Shown here: positions 18,173-27,608 of the stretch, piece by piece
Position numbering within the stretch: position 1 is the first letter of the stretch
How the letters are laid out: each line of letters opens with the position of its first letter
Source: a virus
Lineage: Duplodnaviria > Caudoviricetes
IMG/VR virus record: IMGVR_UViG_3300020049_010034
Coordinates: 1 to 64,000 of that record
Length of the DNA stretch: 64,000 nt
Direction: 5' to 3' (one strand)
Translations under genes and position numbers: made by a program
Notes under the pieces: model-generated
What the model was told of the DNA's origin: nothing
Database searches by the model: none
Seen by the model: the letters and a program-made list of their open reading frames with translations, nothing else

Positions 18173-20273
18173 GTGACACCTCGCTGTATTGGCCTTTCCT
18201 TGTTACTGTTATCTTATCATTTACCAAAGCTTTTGTCTCCTCAGAATGATCGACGATGATTAATTTTTTGCCATCGCAGTGTTGAGACAGAATTGTTAAG
18301 ATTTCTTCTTTATTCACAGAGTCCAAACCCGTGAAAGGTTCGTCCAAAATAAAGATATCTAAGCCGCTACCCATCATAAGCTCTAGAACATCCACGACTG
18401 CAAGGTCTACCGCTAGGTCTACCGACGCTCTTTCACCGCCAGAAAGGGATTTGATCGGGATCCCGATTTCGTTGTCTACGGACAGAACGGCATTGATCTC
18501 AGCTTTGACCGTGCCAGACTTAGTCTCTTTAAAGGACTCAAACTGTATTGAGGCCGTAGACATATTTGGAATGCGTCGTAAAATTGCGGTGGCGCGATGG
18601 GCGATATCAGCTAGGGCGTCTTGAAAAAGCTGGGAAACAAAACTTTTCAACATTTTTAAAGAAAGTTCCGCAATCGCTAGTTGTGATTCCGCCTCTTCCA
18701 GCTGATTTTTTTGATCCAGAACTCTGCCGTAAGCAAAAGCCTTGTTTTCGTTTAGCTGCTTGATATTTTTTTGATACTGCGATAAAGCGGCTTCATAAGC
18801 AGCCTTAGAGGTTTTAATGTCGTTGACACGGACGGACAAGCCTGCGATATCGTTTGAAAGAGCTGACTCCTTTTGATCGAATTGGCTTTGAGTGTTTTTA
18901 ATAAGCTCTTGATATTTTGCGTTAATTTCATATTTGCTTTGCTTTTCCTTTTCAGCTAAGATTGCAAATTCGCTATTGACGGCCTTGGACTTCCGATCAA
19001 ACTCAGACAATGCTTGAGCAAGATCAGCCTGTGCTGAAACAAGGTCTGAGGAATCAAAGGTCTCGATTAGTTTTTTGGCGATAGACAGCTTTTCCTTAAG
19101 AACATCAAGCTCTTTGGCTAAGCTATCCGAACTAGGTAGGCGCTCCAAGCGTTCTATTTCCTTCTTAAGAGCCTTTGCTCGGTTCAGATAACTATCAAAA
19201 GTCTGGTCAGCCTGTCCGCCCTCCCACGCCTGAGTGCAGGTAGGGCACTTTTTATCCTTGATGCGGAGAATATGCTCTCTAATCTCCGTAAAATTACGTT
19301 GAATAGACTGAAGGGTTGCTCGATCTTTCTCTATGTTCTTGATTTCATTCTCTTTTTGAGAAACGGTGAGTTCTAAAGCTGAAACTTTAGAGGCTAAATC
19401 CTTTTGCTCGGACTGAATCTTATATTGCAATGCCTTTACCTTAGACTCTAAGCTCACTACTTGGGAGCGATCTACGGGTTTGGGATACTCTGGAGAGGGG
19501 ACTTGGTTTAAAGCTTTCTGTAGCTCGCTCTGGTAGTCATCCCTTGTTTTTTGATAGTTGGCCTTAAGTTCCAGTAGCTTTTCTTTAAGCTGCTTTAAAT
19601 CGGCCTCTAGAGCGTCTAGGGGTTCTGATGTCACGGGGGCTTCTGGAGCCTTAGAGGCTAGAAGATCCTCTTCCGACCTCTTAAGGGCGTGTGACTGCAT
19701 CTCCAACCCTTGCTTTGCCATGTCGCGCTTTAAAGCTAGAACTTTAGCTCTCTCACCGACCAGATCAGATTTTCGAGTCCAAACCCCAGCCCCAAGAACG
19801 TCGGACAGAAATTCATAAGACTCGGTTGGACGCATGGATAAAAAGAAGCCGCCCTCGCCTTGGCGTTTATGAAACATTTTTCTCAAGTATTCTGGTTTAA
19901 TTCCAATCAGCTCTTGTAGCTTTTCTTCGGCCATTTTTATACTGCCGTCGATGATAGCCCCGTCTACCTGAATAGAAAGTCCTTTTCCCGATCGGGAAAC
20001 AGAAAACTCTTTACCGTCCTTCTCAAGCAACGCAGATACGGCTATCTTGTCTTTAGTCAGCCGACTTTGGAGTATCGAGGCAGGCGTATCATTGCACCCA
20101 AATAAGAATTCAATGGCTTGGAATACCGTTGACTTTCCAGATCCAGAAGACCCGTTACTTAACTCGTTAATTGCGTCAACCTGAACTAGATGGGATAGGG
20201 ATTCAAAATCGATCGACTGGGGGCTCACAAACCGTCCGATGTTTTGAAAAGTAAGCTGCTTTATCTTAATCAT
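18165..20273 (-). CDS. Rad50/SbcC-like SMC ATPase
   Basis: GSSGSGKST, long coiled coil with CPTC zinc hook, LSGGE signature, LDEPF, IVDH. Confidence 0.92.
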   Translation of the reverse strand: MIKIKQLTFQNIGRFVSPQSIDFESLSHLVQVDAINELSNGSSGSGKSTVFQAIEFLFGCNDTPASILQSRLTKDKIAVSALLEKDGKEFSVSRSGKGLSIQVDGAIIDGSIKMAEEKLQELIGIKPEYLRKMFHKRQGEGGFFLSMRPTESYEFLSDVLGAGVWTRKSDLVGERAKVLALKRDMAKQGLEMQSHALKRSEEDLLASKAPEAPVTSEPLDALEADLKQLKEKLLELKANYQKTRDDYQSELQKALNQVPSPEYPKPVDRSQVVSLESKVKALQYKIQSEQKDLASKVSALELTVSQKENEIKNIEKDRATLQSIQRNFTEIREHILRIKDKKCPTCTQAWEGGQADQTFDSYLNRAKALKKEIERLERLPSSDSLAKELDVLKEKLSIAKKLIETFDSSDLVSAQADLAQALSEFDRKSKAVNSEFAILAEKEKQSKYEINAKYQELIKNTQSQFDQKESALSNDIAGLSVRVNDIKTSKAAYEAALSQYQKNIKQLNENKAFAYGRVLDQKNQLEEAESQLAIAELSLKMLKSFVSQLFQDALADIAHRATAILRRIPNMSTASIQFESFKETKSGTVKAEINAVLSVDNEIGIPIKSLSGGERASVDLAVDLAVVDVLELMMGSGLDIFILDEPFTGLDSVNKEEILTILSQHCDGKKLIIVDHSEETKALVNDKITVTRKGQYSEVSHG

Positions 20274-20502
20274 TACGAGGCTTTGACCATTCCTTCCTTA
20301 TATCAACAATGTCAGGGTGAACTTCTACTGCCCGAGACTGACCGTTGTCCACGGTCATCTTTCGGGTTGAGGCTGGAGCGCCCATCTCAATTACCATAGT
20401 ACCAGCACAAATAACGCAAGTCCAGATCTTTTGATCGGTTGGCTTGATTAATTTTTTTTCAACTCTTCCGCAACTTTTACATTTTACAGTTATTAAGGCC
20501 AT
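20266..20502 (-). CDS. Small zinc-ribbon protein
   Basis: CKSC and CVIC pairs. Confidence 0.65.
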   Translation of the reverse strand: MALITVKCKSCGRVEKKLIKPTDQKIWTCVICAGTMVIEMGAPASTRKMTVDNGQSRAVEVHPDIVDIRKEWSKPRND

Positions 20503-20506
20503 AATG

Positions 20507-20517
20507 TGATACTATCA
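20507..20517. promoter_or_regulatory. Palindromic TGATACTATCA: putative bidirectional extended -10 element
   Basis: Reads TGATACTAT on + and TGATAGTAT on -, within a 29-bp gap between divergent operons. Confidence 0.5.
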
Positions 20518-20531
20518 TCTAGAGGTGACTT

Positions 20532-21419
20532 ATGTCAAAGAATTTTTGGGAAGATGAGGAAATAGATTCCGAAGTTCCATCTGAAGAAGAATCGGAACAG
20601 ATCCTAACGCAAAGCAATGATGAGGAACAGGAAGAGGCTTACGAAGGCGCTCTTGACGATCTCCAAGAAGCTTTGGATGAGGAAGAGGAGCAAGACCTTT
20701 CCGATGAGGAAGTGATGTCCAACGCCCGCCTGCGTTTGGAGCAGGGTCGCCTGTACGAGATGCTAATGGATCATAATTTATTTGATGGCGTTTCCGCCGA
20801 CAGTCGCGCTGTAAAAAATGTTGAACGCGAATTCAAAACTTTTATTAAAGAACGGCTAGAGATTCTACTAGGAATCAAGACGGAACAAAAGAAGACGGCT
20901 TTACAGGAGGTCTTCACTGAAACGGAGATTTCTCTACTAAAGGGATTAGTTGGACGCGTAATCAATAAAGAGTCCTATGCTCCCCAACCATCCCCAGCGA
21001 TCAAAAAAGAAGTGGCTCCAGCTCCTAAGCTGAAGTCCTTGATTTTAAACGAACCTATTAAAAAAAAAGTAGCTGAGCCTATCGTTCAAAGATCAGCTGC
21101 CCCGATGCGCCCCTCAACGAAGGTAACTGTAAAAAAAGAAAAACAAAAAAACATACAGAAAAAACCGCCAGCGCATGATAAGTTAATCTCAGACATGAAC
21201 GCCCAAGAACTTTTAGAGTTTTCAAAAGCAAGAAAGAATAGGTATTATAAAGCCATGCCGCCCAAAAGACTAGCAATGCCTAGCGCGGATCAGGCCATGA
21301 TGCACTACGCTCAAACGCCTGATTACTCTCATTCGGGACTGCCACTTGGTGGGATTCTATCAAACATTCAGGCTCAAGTAGGAGTGCAGGATGTTGGATA
21401 CCCGGGCGATGATATTTAA
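20532..21419 (+). CDS. Hypothetical protein with acidic N-terminus
   Basis: 295 aa; GAGGTG Shine-Dalgarno upstream. Confidence 0.65.
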   Translation: MSKNFWEDEEIDSEVPSEEESEQILTQSNDEEQEEAYEGALDDLQEALDEEEEQDLSDEEVMSNARLRLEQGRLYEMLMDHNLFDGVSADSRAVKNVEREFKTFIKERLEILLGIKTEQKKTALQEVFTETEISLLKGLVGRVINKESYAPQPSPAIKKEVAPAPKLKSLILNEPIKKKVAEPIVQRSAAPMRPSTKVTVKKEKQKNIQKKPPAHDKLISDMNAQELLEFSKARKNRYYKAMPPKRLAMPSADQAMMHYAQTPDYSHSGLPLGGILSNIQAQVGVQDVGYPGDDI

Positions 21420-21445
21420 TAACGTAACAATGACAAGGAGATAAA

Positions 21446-21991
21446 ATGGAAAATCAACAGCAAACACAACTAACGGCAGCTCAACGGCTGACACGCCTAG
21501 AAAACGCTTTAAACATGGTTGACGAAACTATGGGGCAAATTGGAAACCAATTTGGACAAATGGTAGAGTTAATTAGCGAGCTTCGATCACGATCGGAAGC
21601 TTTGGAAAGGGTTTTAGAGGGAGAAGACAAAGGATTGAAAGCACGGGTAAACTTAGAGGTTGTCTCCATGCGTGTGAAAAAGCTAGACGAGCGAGTGCAG
21701 GAATTAGTAGCAAGCGGATTAGTAATCCCAGCTGACACCGTTTCTGAAAAGTCTTTTTTGGTAGGCCGAGAAGTGTCAGTAACTGACGGATCCTTAGTTT
21801 CCCCGCGATCTCAGTTTTGGGTATCAGAATTCCCTAAAGTGACAAGCTTAGTGGTTGGTAAAAAGATTGGCGATCAATTGCTATTTACGGAAGATGCTAA
21901 GGCCGCTTTTGAAATCGAGTCTATTTATGATTTCAAAGCTCCAGAAGCTGCGCCAGTAGAAGCTGAGAAAGCTGCAAGCGATGTCGGCTGA
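21446..21991 (+). CDS. Hypothetical coiled-coil protein
   Basis: 181 aa; AAGGAG Shine-Dalgarno. Confidence 0.65.
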   Translation: MENQQQTQLTAAQRLTRLENALNMVDETMGQIGNQFGQMVELISELRSRSEALERVLEGEDKGLKARVNLEVVSMRVKKLDERVQELVASGLVIPADTVSEKSFLVGREVSVTDGSLVSPRSQFWVSEFPKVTSLVVGKKIGDQLLFTEDAKAAFEIESIYDFKAPEAAPVEAEKAASDVG

Positions 21992-22355
21992 TAAACAGCT
22001 AGAAGCATTAAAGCTCCGCCTGTCAGAGCAAGAAAAGAAACTTGCCTCGGCGGAGCTAATGCTCCAAAAGACTCATAATCAAAGAGCCGAGATAGAGGCC
22101 AAGATCGAAGGCTTTAATGACAATCTGGGGGAACTATCTAAAGCCAAGATAGCTACTCTCAAAGGTTTTTTGGAAGCGAAAGGCCATCAAAAAGCAAGCC
22201 AGCTTTTACTATCCCAAATCCTCAATCAAGTCAAGGATTTAGATACTTTAGTTTCATGCCAAAAAGAACTTATAAGACAGATGAGATCGGAAATAGAAAA
22301 CAAGGAAAAGGAAATGGGCTCTAATGTAGTGCCGTTTAGAAGGAAGCATGGATAA
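21981..22355 (+). CDS. Hypothetical coiled-coil protein
   Basis: 124 aa with heptad pattern. Confidence 0.6.
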   Translation: MSADKQLEALKLRLSEQEKKLASAELMLQKTHNQRAEIEAKIEGFNDNLGELSKAKIATLKGFLEAKGHQKASQLLLSQILNQVKDLDTLVSCQKELIRQMRSEIENKEKEMGSNVVPFRRKHG

Positions 22356-22578
22356 GAAAAAACAACAAATGGTAGACAAAATAAACGCAGACCCAGATTT
22401 TATCAACGCACCTCGTTTTGACAATTCAATGAAAAAAGCTTTGGCTGAAAGGGACGGATTTGGGGATCGCGTCATAGCTCAAATGCTACAAATTAAAGAA
22501 AAAGAAGTTGAAGAAATATATCAAAGTGCTATACTGAAGTTAAGAGCCATATTAGGGCTTGGAAAAGAGGGTGCGTGA
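22348..22578 (+). CDS. Stand-alone sigma70 region 4.2-like HTH protein
   Basis: DGFGDRVIAQMLQIKEKEVEEIYQSAILKLRAIL matches the pattern EGxTLEEIAxxLGVSRERVRQIExxALxKLR. Confidence 0.65.
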   Translation: MDKKKQQMVDKINADPDFINAPRFDNSMKKALAERDGFGDRVIAQMLQIKEKEVEEIYQSAILKLRAILGLGKEGA

Positions 22579-23198
22579 AAAGATATATAGCGTTTGATTT
22601 TGAAACTGGAGGGATGAATCCTAAAGAACATCCCATACTTACAGGATATTTTACTATTCTAGATGAAAATCTAGTTCCTATCGACAACTTAGAAATAAAA
22701 ATTGCCCCAGAGTTTCCTTACTTGGATGTTCAAGAAGGGGCTTTGAAGGTCAACGGTATAGATATGGAGACGCACCTTCTATCCGCACAACCTTTAAAAT
22801 CAGTAAAAGACAGCCTTGTCCAATTCCTTGAGAAGCACTACTCAAAGAAAAAAGGCGATCGTTTACGCCCTCTAGGGCAAAACATCTTATTTGATTTGGG
22901 TTTTCTATTTGAGCAACTAATCCCGAAGGACACTTGGGAGCGTTATTGCCACTATGTAATTTACGACACGAAGATATATTCGGATCTTTTAAAAGAAGCT
23001 GGGATTCTTCCTCCAGAAATTTCAGATCTAAGCTCGCTTGCGAAGTTTTACCATGTACCAGAGTTTTCAGCCCACGATGCGAAAGCTGACGTCCTAGCTA
23101 CCGTTGAAGTTTATCGCAATATGCTTGACTCTTTGCGAAAACTAGCGCAAGGTAAAAGTATGCCAGAGCCAGATTTGATAAGGTTATTAGAGCAATGA
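22575..23198 (+). CDS. DEDDh 3'-5' exonuclease (DnaQ/epsilon-like)
   Basis: FDFETGG, GQNILFDL, YDT, AHDAKADV; directly upstream of dnaE. Confidence 0.9.
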   Translation: MKRYIAFDFETGGMNPKEHPILTGYFTILDENLVPIDNLEIKIAPEFPYLDVQEGALKVNGIDMETHLLSAQPLKSVKDSLVQFLEKHYSKKKGDRLRPLGQNILFDLGFLFEQLIPKDTWERYCHYVIYDTKIYSDLLKEAGILPPEISDLSSLAKFYHVPEFSAHDAKADVLATVEVYRNMLDSLRKLAQGKSMPEPDLIRLLEQ

Positions 23199-26100
23199 GA
23201 TTACCAACATCGATACATACCAGAACCGAGTCGTACCTTACGGCTTCGATGCACCAGAAGTTTATCAAAAAAGCTAAAGAGCTTGGTCGAACCCATTTTG
23301 CGTATGCTGATATTGGATACACCTCTGCTTTTTTAAGAACATTTGAAGCTGCTAAAAAAGATGGTCTTGGTTTTATCGGTGGGGTTACCCTGTTCTTTAG
23401 AGATCTGGATTGCGAATTTTACAAAAAGTCAGGCCAAAGAAATAAGTTTTTTATGTTCAACCTGTACTTTCACACCCAAGAACAGCTTTCAAAGTTTTCA
23501 GAACTCCAATCCGCTTACCGTGAAAAAATTACATACTTTGGCGAAGAGTACCCCGTATTTAATTGGGGTGACCTGCAAAAAGCTGCGGACATCGGCCTTA
23601 CTTTTGTACATCACAACGTACAAGATATGGCACTTATGTACATTTTAATGCACAAGCCCGAATTTGTACGACCCATAGTTGAAAAAATTAGCAAGATGTT
23701 TGGCTCACGTCACTATCTATCGATATACGGAGTTCCAGTCTCCCACTTCCCAGCAACCGTGGTTAAAATTCAGACGGTAGATCGCGAGATCCAGATGTCT
23801 GGGGATGCTTATATCAAAACCGAAAAGGTTCGCGGTATTAGAGCGGTTGATTTTGTCGACGAGTATCAAAAGCATCAGAAAATTATAAGCTACCAAGTGG
23901 CTGGAGTTACCAGATACTTGGACACTCCCGTCATAAAAGCGGAACGCTTCGACGGAAAGGTTCGATTTAGCTTTCCTGATCCTCAGCTAGAGTGTAACGA
24001 GCTGGTTGTTCAGATCGGGAAAGAGATGAGTATACCTGTTTTATACTCGGATGACGCTTTTTATGTCGAAAAAAACGACAAGACATCTCAAGACGTAAAG
24101 CTCGCCCAAGATAAACGACGTGAAGCTCGCGATCGCTATATGCAGACTACTGAAGAGGCGGTGTTTCACATCAACGAAGCTGGTGGGAATCCTGTAGAAG
24201 TATTTGCAAATATCGAACAGTTTGCAAATCAGTTTAAGGATTTCGACCTAAAATTCGAAGTAAAGCTACCGTCCTACCCATACGCTTTGCAGTCTATTGT
24301 GAAAAGAATTAAAGATCTAGGTAGACTTCCAGACGATCAAAGGTATCGAGATCGTTTAAAATACGAGATCGATGTTTTGCACAGTAACGGCAAGGTCGAT
24401 CTCTTACCTTATTTTATGCCCATCATCGAGGTAACGGATCACTACCATAAAAGTGGATACCTAACCTCTGCTGGCCGTGGATCTGTCGGAGGATGTCTTC
24501 TAGCTTACCTGATCGGTATTACTGAGGTGGATCCAATTAAATACGATCTGTCTTTTGAACGGTTCCTATCTTTGGATCGTATTTTAGCTGGCAACCTACC
24601 AGATATCGATCACGACTCTCCGAGCAGGATCCCATTAGTAGGCGAGGATGGCAAGTCGGGCTTTCTATTTGAACGATGGGGTGACGGGTGCGCCCAGATC
24701 TCGACTAGAACGAACATCAGACTAAAACTTGCTATCAAGGACGTACATCGTGCCTTACACGGATCCGTTCCGCAAGAAATCGAAAAACTAACCAAAGGCT
24801 TACCATCTGCTCCTCAAGGGGTTAGCGATTCCGACTATGTGTTTGGATACACCGATCAAGACGGCACTGAACATAAAGGACTGTTTGAAATTGACGAATC
24901 TTTGAGACGATATGCCGAGGCGTACCCAAAGGAATGGGAAGAAGTCAAGAAGATTATGGGTGTTAGCCGAGGGCTTGGAATCCATGCGGCTGCCTTTGTT
25001 TTATCGGACGAGCCTATTGCAAAAACCACTCCTGTTTTTGGCCGTGTGACTCAGTATGAAGCCAAGTATGTTGAGAAATCAGGACTTGTAAAATACGACT
25101 TTTTAGTTGTCAATCAGATCAACGACGTTCAAACCTGTCTCCGATTTATCACAGAAAAAAATAGAGGCTCTTTTGATACTGGGTATTTTGAACATAAAGG
25201 TAAACAAACTTATATCTGGGATCTCCCAGACGATCAAGATGTCTACAAGTCAGTTTGGGATGGAAATACTACGTCTTTGTTTCAAATCAACACTACCTCT
25301 ATGGCTCCATTCGTTCAAAAGATAATGCCTAGAAGTATCGAAGATTTGGCGGTTATCTTAGCCTTAGTTCGACCCGGGCCGCTTGACTACATTGATCCCG
25401 AAACAGGACGATCGATGGCGGAAGAGTATATCGAAAGAAGGAACGGAGGAGGATCACAACCGATCAAAGAAATGCTTTCTCTCTTACCAGAAACTTACGG
25501 TATTCAGATCTACCAAGAGCAAAACTCTAAAGTAGCCAAAGCTATCGGAAAGATGGACTCCATCGATGCGGAAAACCTGAGACGAGCTTTTGCCAAGAAG
25601 GACAAAAGAAAGGTTGAAGAATTTAAGCCTAAGTTCATGGCTGGAGCTATTGAAACGGTTGGGGAAGAGACCGCCAAGCAAATTTGGGCTCAGATGGAAA
25701 CTTCCAGTCGTTATAATTTTAATAAATCCCATGCAGTCGGGTATAGTTTACTAACTTACTCAACTATGTTTCTGCGCCATCACTACCCTTTGGAATGGTG
25801 GGCGGCAGTATTCACGAACGCCGAAGAGAAAGAGCTTAGCGAAGTTTTTTACAACCAAGTTAGGAAGTTTGTGCTTCCCCCAGATATTAACCTATCCGAA
25901 GAAGTGATGAAGATTGACTACAGCCGTGGAAAAATCGTTAGCAAGATCACGGCCTTAAAGGGTATCGGCAAGTCGGTTTCGGAAAAAATCGTAGCGGGTA
26001 GACCCTACACAAGCATCAAAGACTTGGTTAAAAGATGTCCTATCGGTTCTTCTGTCTTGAAAAAGATGGCGGTTGCTGGTGTTCTGGACAGTCTCTTCAC

Positions 26101-26791
26101 AAAAGAGAAGACCGTTTTAGATAAAATGATCTGTCTTGAGACAGCTTTGGCCGAGATCGTCTACGAAAACAAATTAGCCGCAGGAATCAAAGCAAAAGAA
26201 GTCCAAGTAAAAGTGGATGAAGAGTACGCCCATGCCCATCCCTTAAAAGTGTTTCAAAAAAGAAAGCAGATTCTTGCTACCATGCCGCTGTCTTTAAGTC
26301 AGGCAGTCGTTGAGACGGCTCCGACCAGAGCAGAGGTTACAGCTAGGCTAGTTTTAGAGAATATCGCAGAACGGGAAGCTAAAAAGCCTACTGGTAAAGA
26401 GCAAATGCCGTTTAATGAGGGAACCCCTTTTAAGCCAGTGTTTTCAGATAGCCACGGCAATGCCTATCCGCTAATAAACGGAGAGGGCTTAAAGAGATTG
26501 GAAGAATCAGCCCCAATACCAACGGCCAACAAATACCGAAACCTGTGTGTTGCCGCGTATGTTATTGAAGCTAAAGAGTTTTCTTATCAAAAAAATACCA
26601 GAAAGGCTTTTAAAATGATTGTTGATATCGACGGTTTCATGGAAGAGCGAGTTCTTTGGCCTGATTACAATACTGGAAAAATAACCTATCCAGACGGTAT
26701 CAAGAAGGGGTCTTTGATCCTGCTATACATGACAAGGGACGTGGAAAAACTAAGAACATATATCAAAGAAATACGCTTGATTTTGTCGTAA
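23195..26791 (+). CDS. dnaE: DNA polymerase III alpha subunit (family C)
   Basis: N-terminal PHP domain, GRGSVGG, FERFL, PDIDHD, GIHAA, KYDFL, RPGPL, YQEQ, FNKSHA. Confidence 0.96.
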   Translation: MRLPTSIHTRTESYLTASMHQKFIKKAKELGRTHFAYADIGYTSAFLRTFEAAKKDGLGFIGGVTLFFRDLDCEFYKKSGQRNKFFMFNLYFHTQEQLSKFSELQSAYREKITYFGEEYPVFNWGDLQKAADIGLTFVHHNVQDMALMYILMHKPEFVRPIVEKISKMFGSRHYLSIYGVPVSHFPATVVKIQTVDREIQMSGDAYIKTEKVRGIRAVDFVDEYQKHQKIISYQVAGVTRYLDTPVIKAERFDGKVRFSFPDPQLECNELVVQIGKEMSIPVLYSDDAFYVEKNDKTSQDVKLAQDKRREARDRYMQTTEEAVFHINEAGGNPVEVFANIEQFANQFKDFDLKFEVKLPSYPYALQSIVKRIKDLGRLPDDQRYRDRLKYEIDVLHSNGKVDLLPYFMPIIEVTDHYHKSGYLTSAGRGSVGGCLLAYLIGITEVDPIKYDLSFERFLSLDRILAGNLPDIDHDSPSRIPLVGEDGKSGFLFERWGDGCAQISTRTNIRLKLAIKDVHRALHGSVPQEIEKLTKGLPSAPQGVSDSDYVFGYTDQDGTEHKGLFEIDESLRRYAEAYPKEWEEVKKIMGVSRGLGIHAAAFVLSDEPIAKTTPVFGRVTQYEAKYVEKSGLVKYDFLVVNQINDVQTCLRFITEKNRGSFDTGYFEHKGKQTYIWDLPDDQDVYKSVWDGNTTSLFQINTTSMAPFVQKIMPRSIEDLAVILALVRPGPLDYIDPETGRSMAEEYIERRNGGGSQPIKEMLSLLPETYGIQIYQEQNSKVAKAIGKMDSIDAENLRRAFAKKDKRKVEEFKPKFMAGAIETVGEETAKQIWAQMETSSRYNFNKSHAVGYSLLTYSTMFLRHHYPLEWWAAVFTNAEEKELSEVFYNQVRKFVLPPDINLSEEVMKIDYSRGKIVSKITALKGIGKSVSEKIVAGRPYTSIKDLVKRCPIGSSVLKKMAVAGVLDSLFTKEKTVLDKMICLETALAEIVYENKLAAGIKAKEVQVKVDEEYAHAHPLKVFQKRKQILATMPLSLSQAVVETAPTRAEVTARLVLENIAEREAKKPTGKEQMPFNEGTPFKPVFSDSHGNAYPLINGEGLKRLEESAPIPTANKYRNLCVAAYVIEAKEFSYQKNTRKAFKMIVDIDGFMEERVLWPDYNTGKITYPDGIKKGSLILLYMTRDVEKLRTYIKEIRLILS

Positions 26792-26805
26792 TGATATGAT
26801 AGAAT
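26792..26805 (+). promoter_or_regulatory. Putative extended -10 promoter (TGATATGAT / TGATAGAAT)
   Basis: Intergenic, followed by AAGGAG and the start at 26823. Confidence 0.4.
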
Positions 26806-26822
26806 GAAAGTAAGGAGACCTG

Positions 26823-27608
26823 ATGAAAGTTATTGAGCAAATTCTGGCAGAAGTAAAAAAACTAGAGATTCCTATCAGTGAGAAATCTCACCCAAAAATG
26901 ATTGCGGATTATGGACAGCGCATTAGAAATGCTGAAAATCGCATCAAAGAATTGAAACTTGCTTATGGCGTTGAGATTGCGAGCAAAGGGCTATTCATTC
27001 TGGTGGCTGGCGAAAACGCAGACTCGGCTTCCTCACAAATCTCTCAGACCATGAAGTTACCGACTTTCCATGCGGATACTTTTTTTGATAAGTTCAAAAA
27101 CCATATCAATAAACAAAACTATATTGGCAAGAACTTTAACTCAACTCTGGTTGCGATGCTTAATCAGAAGCTAATGGACGAAGCTTTAGCAATGGATGTA
27201 GTAAGCGCATTTAACGCCATGGTTCTAAAAAATAATTACGTCCGAGCGATCAAAACAAAAGAAGAGTTTGACGATCTTATTACGACAATTTTAACCTCCG
27301 AGCAAGGCTCATCTGAGATTCTTGCGATACAGGCGGCGTTAGCCCTTGTAGACTACGGCATCCGCGAAAAGTTCGACGGTGATATGATGCCAGTAGTGAT
27401 CTGGAGTAAGGATTCTAGACTTCTGGAAATGCAAAAACATTTACAGGATTTAGGAAAAGGGTGTTTTACAATTTTTGTAGGAGACTCTGAAACTAACCCA
27501 AAGCAAGTGGAATTGGCTACTACCGTAATCAAGACTGCAAGCGCAACATCAATAACAAATGCTTTTAAAGCAATTAAAAACAAACTAAAAGGAAATAAAA
27601 AATCATGA
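26823..27608 (+). CDS. Hypothetical protein in replication cluster
   Basis: 261 aa with strong Shine-Dalgarno. Confidence 0.6.
   Translation: MKVIEQILAEVKKLEIPISEKSHPKMIADYGQRIRNAENRIKELKLAYGVEIASKGLFILVAGENADSASSQISQTMKLPTFHADTFFDKFKNHINKQNYIGKNFNSTLVAMLNQKLMDEALAMDVVSAFNAMVLKNNYVRAIKTKEEFDDLITTILTSEQGSSEILAIQAALALVDYGIREKFDGDMMPVVIWSKDSRLLEMQKHLQDLGKGCFTIFVGDSETNPKQVELATTVIKTASATSITNAFKAIKNKLKGNKKS

Noticed and set aside
26823-27608. Nucleotide kinase call for the gene after dnaE
   Set aside because: FILVAGENADS lacks the GK[ST] of a P-loop; not supportable without a search.
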